The notes under the pieces are model-generated. The model was not told where the DNA came from. It ran no database searches and saw nothing but the letters and a program-made list of their open reading frames with translations. Made by a program: the position numbers and the translations under genes. DNA of 34,828 nucleotides from positions 1 through 34,828 of the forward strand of contig JTLS01000071.1 of the NCBI GenBank assembly GCA_000826855.1, written 5' to 3'. This DNA is from Basidioascus undulatus (Eukaryota). Position 1 is the stretch's first letter. Every line of letters starts with the position of its first letter. Below, piece after piece: positions 1 through 12,315 of the stretch.

Positions 1-35
1 ACATCAGTGAAGGTGTGCTTTAATCTCCTGTTTGA

Positions 36-3000
36 AACATTGGAGGTCTCGCGCCCCCGAAGCGCCCACCCCCCGTCGAAGAGCCCCAAGTCAGCATCGG
101 CATCTTTCCCTCCTCGCACATCCAAATCCGGGAGCACCTCTCGGACGCGGAGGGGCGACTCTCGGAGACCTACGCCAAGCAGCAGGCGGCATCCGCGTCT
201 GCGTCTGCCGCTGCTCGGCGGCAAGGCTCGCTCTCGCGCTCGGGGTCCATCGCAGGCCGGATGGAGACGCTCCCCGAAGAGCCAGACGAAGACGCCTCGC
301 ACCCCGCTCCGGTGCCCTCCCCTGCCCCGCCAGTACCCGACAATCGCCCCGCCCCGCCCCTGCCGAGCCTCAAGTGCAACGACGAGACCGCCGCGGGCGG
401 GGACGAGCCGCTAGTGGACGAGATTGCGTGCGCGTTGCGCGAGTACCTGACCTCCCTGCATGCTGCCCTCGCCCGGCGCGACTACGCGCTGTTCAATGTT
501 ATCCAGCGCCACATCGAGGTCCTCCACGCCGCGCGCAGGCAGCTCCTCGCGCAGACGCTCAGCAAGGAGGAGGTCGTCCGCCTCCGCGCGGCGTGCACCG
601 AGCGCCTCGTCAGGGCCAATGTGGATCTCGGGCTAGACGTGCTGGTCAGGCACCCCAGGAGCGGCGCGCTCGTGAGCGTCGAGGCGGATGGGGAGATAGA
701 GCGGAGGGCGTGGGTCAGCGGAATCAGGATGTGAGTTTTGGGGGGCGTGAGCTGGAGACGAGCTGGGCGCTTATGATTGTGGGAGGGAACAGGTACGCAG
801 AGCAGGTCTCCCTCGCGTACATCAGCGCCTCTTCTCCCGCGCCGCTCCCGAGTGCGTCCCACTCCCTTGGCCTCCTGACCTCCGCCTCTACCCCCACCCT
901 CGCCGCGTCCGAGCCAATCCTCGCCTCCCGCCGCTCCGCCTCCGCCTCCGGCCCGACCCTCTACCACACCCCCTCCTCGTCCACCCCCGACGAGGCCGGC
1001 CAGTTCTTCCACATCTTCCTGGAGCTCAAGGCGTTCGTCGCTGTGCGTCCTGGTCCCCCATTCACTCTCCATCCAATCCGTCGCTCACTGACCCGGCCCC
1101 CAGAACCCCTGTGGACCAAGGGAGACCGCCGAGCTCTTCTTCTCGCTCTACTCGGCGTCTGAGGCGCGCTTCCTCACCGAGGACCACATGGCGATCATGA
1201 CTCGGCAAGGTGTGCCTCTGCGGGGCGCGCACATGCGCGTGCGCACCCTCTTCCGGGACCTCTCGAAGTCGGACGTCTCCGACGACCTCTACCTCGTCTG
1301 CCGCATAGTGCGCAACGGCGCGCTCAAGCTCGGCCCTGCGCCCTCCACCGGCGCGGTTGCGGGAGGTCCGGGCGGGGCGGACCTCCCAGCCGATGACGCA
1401 GCGAGCGTCGCCAGCGTCGCCGCGAGCAAAGACCGCCTGTTCCGCCGCCCGCTCGGGTGCGCGGTCCTCGACCTCACCACTGCGCGCAGCGAGGAAAAAG
1501 AGCACGTCATGCCCATCTTCGTGCCCGTTCAGGAGGGCGCGTTCGCGACGCTCCATCAGGACATCATTGCGAGCCGGACGAGGGAGTTTGAGAAGAGCCC
1601 GAGGGCGGAGATGCTGATCGTTAATGTCAAGGTGCGTGACTATTTTGGCGGATTCAGAGGATGGACGGAGAAGGGAGCTGACAGAGCGGGGTGCGGGATG
1701 GTGGACCAGACATTCCATGGGACGCTCCCTTCGATCATGCGCGAGCACGCGGGGATACTGGCGTCCGCGCCGCTCACGTCTCGACTCGGTTTCCCGGATG
1801 CCGTCTTCCCCTCCGACGTGCGCAACGACTTGTACTGCAAAGTGAGCTACTTCCGTCGCTGCCCAATGAGCCCGAAGAAAGCTGACACTGCTGCGCGGCT
1901 TTTCCTTGCCTAGCTGTGGTCCGGCGACTTCTCGCACTCGTCTAGCGGCGCAGGCTCGCGGCTGAGCGTCCTCGGCGCGGCAATGGGCTCCGGTGGCCCG
2001 CGCAACGTGCAGGTGTCCGTCGAGGCGCGCAGGCGGGACGGGACCCTCATTGAGGGGTGCTTGTTTGGCGGGACGGGCGAGCCGGCTGTTGGAGTGTGGG
2101 ACTCGACGATCTTCGTGCGTTTTTCTGTACCTGCCGGGGCACGGCTAACGAGGCTGAGACTGACGCTGCGCGGTGGAACAACAGCTCCGGAACGACACGC
2201 CCACCTGGGGAGAGATGATCAAGCTCGCGTCGCTCTCTCCCGAAGTGTTCGCGGACGCACACCTCTTCTTCACCTTCCGACACCGCACGTCCTCCTCCAA
2301 GACCGGCGGTGCCTCCCCCGAATCAAAGCCCTTCGCATGGGCGTACCTCCCTCTCTTCCCCGACTCGACCTCCCCGACCTCCACATCCACCTCCACATCG
2401 CGCACGTCCTTCCTCCCCGACGCGTCGCACACGCTCGTCCTCTACCGCTGCACGTCCGAGCAGGTCGCGCCGAACCAGTACTTCTCCGCGCCCGCCATCC
2501 TCCCCCCTGGCACGCGCCCAGACCAGCTCGCCCTCCCCGCGCGCATCGCCCGCATCGTCGTCCCCAGCAGGGACTCGCTCATCGTTCGCACGTTCCTGTG
2601 CTCGACGAGGTGGACCCAGAACGCTGTGCTGCTCAAGCTGCTCGCGTGGGAGAAGGAGGACGAGCTCCAGAGCGTCCTGGCGCAGTTTCCGTTCGTGGGC
2701 GAGCCGGAGGTGAGGCCTTCGCAGGCGTCTGAGATATATTCGGTAGTAACGGAACTGATGAACCGGGGGCGGGGAGCAGATCGTCAAATTCTTGGCGGAG
2801 ACGTTCGACGCGCTGTTCGGCATACTCGCTTCGTCTCGCAATGACACTGGCCAGCTGGATTCGCTTGTCTTTGACGGCATCGTGTTTGTGTATGTTATAT
2901 GCATGCATGCTGGTTATGCAGCGGCTTTGCTGATCAGTGCGCTCTCCCAGCCTCGGCATTGTGCAAGATCGTCGCTTCAGTCAGGTGCGCAGTCTCTTCC

Positions 3001-6000
3001 TGGAACAAGTCTGTCGACGTGTTGCTACCCCTTACTCACGCGGGCTTTCTTCTGCAGTTCGGCTCCGTCCTCGACGTATACATCCAGAAGAATTTCGCCT
3101 TCGCGATGGCCGCGTCGCCCTTGACCCGCTGTCTGCAGCGCCTGCTCGCGAAGCCGGCCGATGCCAACGCCGCGCAGCACCTACGTTCAGCAATCAAGGT
3201 GCTCCCGTACCTCGTGCGCTTCATCGTCCGCGCACGCGAGCTCCAGCGCGAGCGGAGCCTCGACCTCGTCGCCACGTCTGACCACCTCGAAGACGCGTTC
3301 CGGCGCGAGGTCGGCACGGTGCTCGCGTCGCTCAACGCGCTCATGGCGCGCTCCACGCCCTCCGCGATCATCGGCACGCAGACACTCGCGCTCCAGCACT
3401 TCGCCGGGATCGTGCCTGAGCTCGCGAAGGTCTACCCGTCCGAGGACCTGGTCGGCCATGTGATTGCGTTCGCGGAGGCAAGCACCGCGACCAAGGGCCG
3501 CATCCTCGTCTGGCGCCTGCTGCTGTACCGACAGATCGCGGAGAGCACGCTCTTTGACGATCCCGCTGCGAGACCGCTCATAGTCCCCGCGCTCATCTCG
3601 CTCGTCAAACCGCACCTCGGCAAGGTGAGCCAGCGGTGCCGTTCACTGCGCGCCCAAGAGACGGCCCGCTGATGAGTATTATGCGTCTCCAGTACGACGA
3701 GTACGAGCATGTCTCTTTGAAAGAGTCCGAGCCCGTGAAGGATGCGGCGCGCGTCATCTGGCTTGAGTGTGCGCGGCTGGCGGTCGGCGTCGTGGCCGTA
3801 AGACCTCCCCTACAGTTATTCACGGAGTGCCTGCTTAGTGATCGAGTGCCCCTACAGGCTATGCTGGACAAGCTTCACGCTGCTGTCGTCGATCCCGCCA
3901 TCGTCGCGAGCCGGATACTCAGCCGGCAGGAGCACGACAATGTCGAAGACTTGCTGAGCCTTCTGCCGCGGTGCGTGTGCGGTCTAGTCGATGTGTGCCA
4001 TGCAAGCTATCTGAACAGAGCTGTACTTGGACAGCCTGCTCGAAACCTACAAGCAGCTCCAATCGCCCGCAGCGCAGCTGGCGATCGAGCGCCACCGTTC
4101 GCCTACCACGGTGCTCGGCGCCGTTCCGACCGCCTTTCCCTCTTCCTATCCATCCTGTCTCATCGCCGAACTCCCGCCGACGAGCATACATCACTCCGCT
4201 TCGAAGGGGCTGGAGCACCTCAACTGCACCCTCGGCGAGATCGCAGCGGTCATGATGGTGCTCGTGCTCATCCTGCCCCGAAAGCGGATCCTGTCTCTGA
4301 TCGAGGAGGTGAGTGACGTTGCCGGCACGTGTTTTCTCGCGCCATCGTCAGCTCAATTTTCCACGCGCCGATAGTACAACGAGGTCGAGGGCAAGGACAA
4401 CCTTGCCCGCTTCTTCTCCAACATCTTCACCGTCTCGCTCTCGATCCTCAGAGACGAAGCCTTCCCACGCTCATGGCTCAACGTCTCCATCCTCGCCCAT
4501 CGCACGATCCTCAAGCTCGCCGAGGCTGTCAGCGTCGTGTTCGAGCGCGAGTTCATCCCGCCTGTCGACAAGGCGGCGACGTTCGATTCAAGCCTCTGGA
4601 AGGACTACTTCGCCATGTTCGTCCGGCTACTCTCAAGCGACCAGCTCGTAATCGAGGAGCATACCCCTCAAGTGCGCCCTGATCCTTGGCTTCGACATAC
4701 ACTCTCAGCTTACGTTAGCGCTGGGGACAGAAACGTCGCGCCGTCTGGCGGCTCGCGGGCGATATTCGTGGCGAGGGGGCACAGATCTTGCTTCGGCTGT
4801 GGGATGCGATCGGCTGGTACGTGCTCCGCTTCAAAGGCTTTCGAGACTCCGGACGTCTTCCGCTGACGGCTTTCACGTCAGGCCCGAGTCAAGGCCGGGA
4901 TCGTCGCGCTTCGGCGGCTACCAGGTCCAGTTCCCGGACCTCGTCGCGGACCTGCTCGAGCTCTGTCTGTCGCATCATGATGAGCTGCGGAACAATGCCG
5001 TTCGTGAGTATCCAGTGTTTCTGCCACGCAAGGCTTTCCATGCTGATGCACCTCGCGTTGTTCAGAAATGCTTTACTCCATGAGTAAGACTCGCGGCCGT
5101 GATCTCTTGGTGGCGTCGCAAGCTAACGCGTTCTATAGTCGTGTCGGAGTATCACCTGAACGGGCAGTTCGAGGCTATCGAAGCGGAAATCGTGGACAAG
5201 CTAGGTACGACAGCCTCTCACGTTTTGAACAACCTCGCCGTCTAACACCGTATCGTCACAGATCGACTGTTCATGGACGACACCAAAGGGTGACTATGAG
5301 TTCTGAAACATTCTTCTCGGTGTTTTCTGACGTGCTCTGATCCAGCGACGAGGTCTCGCGAACGTTCTTCGTCAGCCAGTTGCGAGCTTTGTTCGAGGCG
5401 CCGGTCGTGGATGCGTCGTTGCGCGAGCGCGTTTCGAGGTTCCTCGACTCCGTGGAGTATGTCGTGCAAAGCTGAATTCGAAACCCTCTGAAGCTCATTA
5501 CATTCGCCGTGCTCTGCAGCTACTTCCTCGACCTCTTGCTCTCCATTCGCAACTTGCCGGAAGGCGACGAGTTCCAAGACGACCGGCTTGAGGCCACGCT
5601 CAAGTTGATGACTGTAAGCAGAATCGGCTCGCTCGTCACATCGCACCATGGCTGAACGATGGCCCCAGTACATACGCACGCTGCGCGAGGAGATCTACGT
5701 AAAGGTGCGCATCTACCGTTGCCCCGCTCGCAGATGCGGTGCTAAACTCTACCTTGCAGTATCTGCACGGCTTGGTCAACGTACGCGCCAATCCCAGCTT
5801 TAGCGTGGTTCCTGCTAACTATCCTTCCGTTCAGATGCACACCCGCTCGCAGGTACGCCAAATAACAACACTACTGGGGAAGTTCTCTGCTGACGGCTGC
5901 TTTCACCAGAACTTCGCGGAAGCAGGACTCACCCTCAAACTCCACGCCGATCTGCACGAGTGGAACACGACGGAGTACGCCGAGGCCTTGCCGGACTTGG

Positions 6001-8345
6001 ATCTTCCACGGCAAACGCACTTTACTCGGAAGGAGACGCTGCTCAGCCAGTGTCTCGAGTACCTCAGCGCTGGCAAAGCGTATGAGGTAGGAATCCAGAT
6101 CTGCAAGGAGTGGGTCGCTTGGTTCGGCTATGCGCTACGGCTTCCGTGACGCTGACTCGTGTTCGGAGCAGGCTTGCCGAACAGTACGAGACCCGAACGT
6201 ACGACTACGCGAAACTTGCAAATGTCTTCAGCTATCAGGTACGCTGCCCTTTTTGTGATACCTTGCGTCGATCCAAACTTATAGTCGATGTGAAGGCTTC
6301 GCTACTCGACTCAATCGTCGGCGGCGATCGACACTTTCCCGAGGTACATATCGTCCCGCAGGCCGCGGCTGCATCGTTACTCACTTTAACTACTCTATTC
6401 AGTACTTTCGAGTCGGATTCTACGGCGGCTTCCCGCCAGCTCTTCGCGGAAAGCAGTACAGTGCGTCTACACACCTTCTTATCGCGCACGCTCACACGTC
6501 CTTGGTGGCTAACGCCGACTCCAGTCTATCGCGGAATTGAGTATGAGAAAATTAACGGCGTGAGCGACCAGCATGACGTCCTTTTGTTGGCCATTTCGCC
6601 CCATGCTGACCCGGGTGGTACACCAGTTCTGCGATCGCATGCAGAACAAGCATCCCAGTAAGCGTCCAGCTATGGAGCGCAATTCTCTATCACGAAAAAA
6701 GCCGCAGTCTCATCTTCCATCTTGTTCAGATGCCCAAATCATTCGCGGAGCACACGAGTTCCCGGAGGAGCTCCAGATCGCTGAAGGCCAATTCCGTGGG
6801 TGGTTCGTTTCACTTTCTGCGTTCAACAGTCGCTTACTATGACTTGGCGCAGTCCTCATCACATCGGTTTCCTCTGAATTCAACCGCTCCAACTCGATTT
6901 TCTCGAACCCGTCCGTTCCGGAGCCGGTCCGCAAATACCGTGAGTAACCTGGCACGCGGTTTACGCTTTATGCTGATCGCCTCTGACTTCTTTGCGCCAG
7001 ACGAGAACAATACGGACCTGTTCAGCTTTACGCGGGCATTCCGCAAAGACATCGACGTGCTCGAAAGGACCGAGAGCAACCTGCACTGGATTGAGAAGAC
7101 TCTGCTGCAGTGCGAGAGTTCGGTGAGGATGCCCTTCCGCAGCACGTCAGCCTGTCTGTCGCTCATTTGGAGACTTGCAGTTCCCCACTGTGCTTCGGCG
7201 GTCCGAGATAATCGAGATGCGCGTGGTCGAGATCTCCCCGATCGAGAACGCTCTCGACGAGCTCGAGATCAAGCGGCGCGAGCTGGCGATCATCGAAGCG
7301 AAGTACGCATCAGCCGCGGCGACGATGGAAGTCGACGGCCCGGTTGACACGGACACGCTCGCCATGACGCTCAACGCCGTCTGCGATTCGCCTCCGAACA
7401 CGGGCATCACGCTCTACCGCCGCGTTTTCCTGAATCCGGCGTTCATCGCGGCGCATCCGGAGCAGTCCGCGCTCGTGGAGCGCCTACAGACCGCGATTGT
7501 GGAGCATGCACGATTGATCAAGAAGTGCTTGACGCTGCACGAGGTGCTCTGTTCGCCCGAGATGGTTGGCTTCCAGTGAGTGGGCATCCCTGTTCTAGTC
7601 ACGTTCGAAGCTGAACCTGATGCCGTCCACAGCATTACCCTCGAGACCTGTATGTAAACACCCTGCGCGATGCAGCAAAACGTCTCTGACTTATCCCTGT
7701 GCAGTCTTCGCCAAAACTTTTGCCCCAGAGCTTTCCCTTCTTCCCCCCGACCCGGCCCAGGCGCCCGACCTCCCCAGCGACCTGACGAAGTCGATCACCA
7801 ACGGCTCGACCTCCTCCCGACGCTCTGGTAGCGTTCGCAGCAAGCTCGGACCAAGTCTTTTCGATCGCCCCCGCCGAGAGCGCACCATCTCGGCTGTGAC
7901 GAGCACGACTTCGCACACTAACGGCGCCCATACTCGACACTCATTCACCTTGCCGCGCGTCGCTCCTCTGAACAACAAAAAGCCGCGTATCCCATCCTTC
8001 TATCCTACCTCCGCGCTCAATGCCGCGCCGCTCGACGAGAAACCGTACCGGAACGGCTCGACCGCTGCCCGCCCTACGTCCCTCACCGCGGCGGCGTTGC
8101 AACCGCTGCAAAACCGTCGCCGAAGCTACTCGGCCGCGGCAGCGTCGATATCGGGTCGCTCCAGCAACACTTATGGACGCGCTCCGAGCCCGTCCGAGAG
8201 TCTCAGCGATCTCGGCCACGGCGGCGCGACGCCGTCCATCTCGCTGACGGCGCCTGACGGCTCGGTGAAAAGCGGCAAGGTCGGCGGCGGGAGCTCGTCT
8301 TCTCGCCGCTTTAGCAGCTTGCGCTGGGGCGCCAAGTCCCGTTGA
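36..8345 (+). CDS. DCK1: DOCK180/CZH-family Rho/Rac guanine nucleotide exchange factor (SH3 end, DHR-1/C2, DHR-2); 5'-partial, about 34 introns in the window
   Basis: Frame 3 is open from 36 and reads EEPQVSIGIFPSSHIQI (end of SH3), then EPLVDEIACALREY. Later exons give LYLVCRIVRNG, FRRPLGCAVLDL, RNDLYCKLWSGDF and PTWGEMIKL..AHLFFTFRHR (DHR-1). DHR-2 motifs are NFAEAGLTLKLHADLHEW, YFRVGFYGGFP and FPTVLRRSEI..EISPIENAL. Exons join in frame through canonical GT-AG introns. A Ser/Arg-rich tail ends at TGA 8343-8345. The start lies upstream of the window. Confidence 0.93.
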
Positions 8346-8866
8346 TTGACCTTGCGCTTTCCCTTTCCCCTCCGCATCTTCACTCCTTTCTCGCATGTTC
8401 GTTTGCACCTTGTTTGGCTGCTGCAATGTTGCTTTGTCACTCTCTTGGCTGTCATTTTGTTGTACACTGTCGTTGCTCATTTGTTTGGCTGTCCTTGGCC
8501 GCGATCCATCGCCTGGCCGCTCGCTGCGTCATCGTACAAGCTTCAACGCTCTCGCATACCCAAGTTAGTCCGTGCAAATCATTGATGCCTGCGCAGCTCG
8601 CACATCGCTTCCCCGAAAATGTGTGGAAGACCCGGCGGCGCTTTGGTTCAGCAACCTATGCAAAACTCGACTCCATAGCATTTATTCACTCAATAACCGC
8701 ACCTTCACATTCAAAAGCCGCGAGAGTGCCCGTTCCGGTACAGCACGCCGTCCGTCCTCTCACTGCTGTTCTTAGTCCGGTTGAGATATGTACACAACAT
8801 AAAGATAACGCTGCCAGGTTCTCAAAGGTCGAGAAAAGAAAGATAAATTGCGGTCGTCAAATGCCC

Positions 8867-11675
8867 TCACAGTGCCCAGCACCGGACCTCGCCGTCCTTC
8901 CCGCCCGAGACGAGGTACGTGTCCATGTACCGGAGGCGCTCGACGGGCTTGATGTGGCCGTTGGTGGTGAGCGACGAAGTCTGCAGCGACGTGCGGTTAT
9001 AGATCTGTTTGGACGGGGTCAGATTAACCGTAGCGCAGGGAGAAGCTGTGCAATGCGCCTCACCTTGACCGTGTTGTCACCGGCTGCAGCGACAATCTTG
9101 CGAGTGTCTGCGACGGATCCGAAGAATCGTTTAGAAACAGAGGTTGCTTCAGGGCGAGGCACAGCGTACCGAACTGGACAGCGGTAACAGGATGCTCGAA
9201 TTTGAGCGTGTCGAAGATCTGGCCCGTCCGGAGATCCCAGATCTGCGCTCGATCCAGTCAGCATACATTTCAGGCGGTGAGGGAAAAGATCGAGAGTCGC
9301 ACCCGAACGCTCTTGTCGAGAGAGCCGGACACGACGTGGAACTCGTCAAACTGCAAGCACGTCACAGGCCCAGTGTGGCCGAGCAACGTCCGATGAGCTT
9401 GGCCCGTTCGCACTGTATAATGATCCCGTTAAGCGACATCGCGCTTCAATCATTCGAGGGCGAAAGCTACGCACTGTCCCACATCCTCACCCCGCCGTCG
9501 CCGCTTCCGCTGACGAGGGCGTGCGCCCAGAACTGCACGCCGCCGACGAAGTCTTGGTACATCTCCCAGCTGCCGTCCGAGTACGGCGGCGTGGGGACGG
9601 CGAACGTTCCCGTCATCAGATCTCCTCGAGCCGGCTTCTCGTAGTACGACGAGACGGTGGACGGTGCGAAGTCGTCGATCGAATATGAGCGCGAAAGAGA
9701 GGATGCCGTGGTCGGCGCGGGCGGCGGATGCGAGATGGCCCAGAGAATGTCCATCGTAAGGACGCATTGCCCGGTCGTCAGATCCCACTGCCGCAGCGTC
9801 TTGTCGGAAGCGCCCGTGACCTACGAGAAAGCCTCAGTCAGCGATTGCGCCGGAGACGCTGAGATTGCTTCCAAAAGATGCACCAGGCAAGCCTCCTCGA
9901 AGTACATGCTCGTCACGGCCTTCGTGTGGCCCTCGAGCACTCTCGTGCACGGCCCATCCGCATCTGGCGCGTTGGAGATGTCGCCTCCTTGGCGGACCAC
10001 GCTGTTCGGCTTGGCCGGATCGGACTCGGCAGCCTCGGCGGCAGCAGGGGTCGCGGGAATGGGGGCGTCGCGAGCCAGCGCGGCTTCGTGCGCCTCGACC
10101 TGTCGGAGGTCCCATAGCCGGATGTTGCCGTCGGCTCCGCCGGTCAGGCAAATCTCGTCCTCGATCTGGATGCACTTGACGGGCCCTGTACACACTGTCC
10201 CTCAGCTGCTGTGTTGACCACAGGGAAACGAGGCAGTGGAGTGATCTCACCTTGATGTCCCCGCAGGCGACCAATCTCCTCCCCACTGCTCAGCTCCCAG
10301 ACGCGCACGACGTCGTCGGCGCCGGCCGTGACAAGCGTGCCGTATGGTTCGGAGAAGTCGAGGGCCGTTACAGGAGCGGAGTGAGCATGCAGAGTCTGCG
10401 AGATTGACCGTCAGTCAACGAGCGGCGCAGAAGCGATCCGCACAGGACACGCACCATGAAAGCCACCCCATGAGGCAAGTCGTCATGATCGGAGGGTAGG
10501 AAAGCGGCAGCTGTTGAAGACCTCAAAACTGTCAAAACAGTATGGATGGCTGGCTCAAAGACACAGCACGTACCTCGTTTCCGGCGAGAGCTTCGTCCGA
10601 GAGCTGGAGCCTTGCGGTCATGCACGCTCAACAGCTCGTTCACGCCCTCCACTACCACCCACCGTTCCAGCTCAGCTTGCCAGAAGAGTTTCTCGAGATT
10701 TGGACTCACACTCGTCCTCCAGCTCCAGCTCTTCCTCCTGCAGCCTGAGAAGGTCGTCCTCCAGCCCCTTCCGGATGACCCGAAGCGCCTCAATCTTCCG
10801 GTCGACCTCAGAAATTTCCGAGTTAATCAAAGACTGATGTAGTGTCCCGCGGTAAGCAGGAGTGCCCCAAGCCACCGTGTTCCGAAATGCAATTGGAAGA
10901 CGCACTCTACGAACATGGACATTCTCCCGGTCCGCCAGAATCTCGTCATTCTCCTGCAAGAGCTCCTCACGGCTGAGCTCCCGCTTGGCTACCGTCCCGG
11001 TCTTCCTTCTCCTCCCCTTCTCCTTCTTCGGCGCGCTGTCGCTCCCGTCCGTCAAGAGGCCGCGCTCGCCCATAGCGATCTGCTTGAGTCCGACCGCATC
11101 CTCCGCCAGACGCTTCTTTCGGCGCTTCGCCTTGCCCTCCCGCGCGCTCGGAATCGTCGCCTGAAAGCCGCGGAGGAGGCTGACGGGGTTGGTCTCGATG
11201 GGGGAAGGGATCGGCAGGGGAAGGAGGTCCTCGGCGTCTTCGAGCGCGCGGAGCTCGGTCGAGGTAGAGGAGATGCGGCGTGGGTTTAGGGAGAGTCGGA
11301 GAAGGGAGAGATCGAGCTTGGTGGGGGTGCGGCGGAGAGCGTTCGTGGGGCGGGACAGGGAAGAATTGGCAGCATTCTCGAGCATGCCAGGCTTCATGAG
11401 CATCGGTGCCTGACCGAGCATCGCCCGGTCAGTATCGCGTCCAGCGCGTCCATCCCAGACTCTTGACTATGAAGAAAAGGACTTACCAGATCCGTAAGAA
11501 TCTTCGTCGACTGGTCTTGCCCGCTGCCAAAGAAACCGCGAGCCTTGGAGCCAACTGAGGCTGAGCTGCTCGAAGCCGCTGAGGACGACGATCCTGTGAT
11601 GGGCTCAAGGGCATCCCGCGGTTGGCGTTTCTTTCGATCGTCTTTTGACGACGAGGGCACCGCCGAGGGCGGCAT
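8867..11675 (-). CDS. MDV1: Mitochondrial division protein Mdv1/Caf4 (N-terminal extension, coiled coil, WD40 repeats), multi-exon
   Basis: Coiled coil [40 protein letters not shown], then [21 protein letters not shown]40 repeats follow: [106 protein letters not shown], and [16 protein letters not shown] at the end. ATG at 11675, stop at 8867-8869. Confidence 0.9.
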
Positions 11676-12315
11676 GTCGGTTCGGTCGTAGAAGGGGCGA
11701 GAGAAGGGACGGAGGAAGAAGCGGTCTTCTCGAGAAGGTGAACGTCCGAGAGCAAGCGCTCCGCATCCATCTCTGAGCCGGCTGGCGCCGGCCGCGAGAC
11801 CGGCGGCAGGAGCTCAAACAGCCAAGTTGGGACTTGGTTGGACCAGCCAGCCTCCCACCTTTCTCATTTGCGTGTCACCGCTCTAGATCTTCTATTAATT
11901 GCTTCTATCCCAAATGCAGGCATATCAAGCCAAATACTCGCAACAGTTTACAAGCACGAACGGTACCAATCGCCGCGCCGGCGTGCATCCGACCCCTTAG
12001 GCTCACCGTCGTCCTGGCGGTTCCTCTTCAAGCTTCACGATGTTCTCATGTTGGTGACGTACGTTGGAAAGGCGAAAATTACAGACATGGAAATAGCAGC
12101 CCAAAGGGTTGGAGCTCCCTGGGACGCATCCGGAAGCGCTCCCGCGACAGACGGCAACATCCAAGTCGGAGTTACATATGAGAGTGTGTACAAAGGACAT
12201 GACCATGGAATGCGCAGAACAAAGAGAGGTGACAACGAGAATGCAGTGCATGGGCGTAATGCGACGAAAATAAAGAGCAAGCAAACCGAAAGACGACCAA
12301 ATGAGGCGGCAGGCA

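Noticed and set aside
7..3900. Long alternative-frame and antisense ORFs over the DOCK gene (e.g. 32-1162 +, 1062-1937 -)
   Set aside because: Arg/Pro/Ala-rich shadow ORFs caused by high GC3 in the real exons, with no independent motifs.
8342..9644. + strand ORFs 8342-9187 and 9144-9644
   Set aside because: They span the DOCK 3' UTR and the antisense of MDV1 WD40 exons, and show no protein-like features.
11483..11770. Out-of-frame upstream ATG ORF overlapping the MDV1 start
   Set aside because: A CT-rich tract typical of a transcription start region lies between it and the MDV1 ATG, so it is probably not transcribed. This cannot be shown from sequence.
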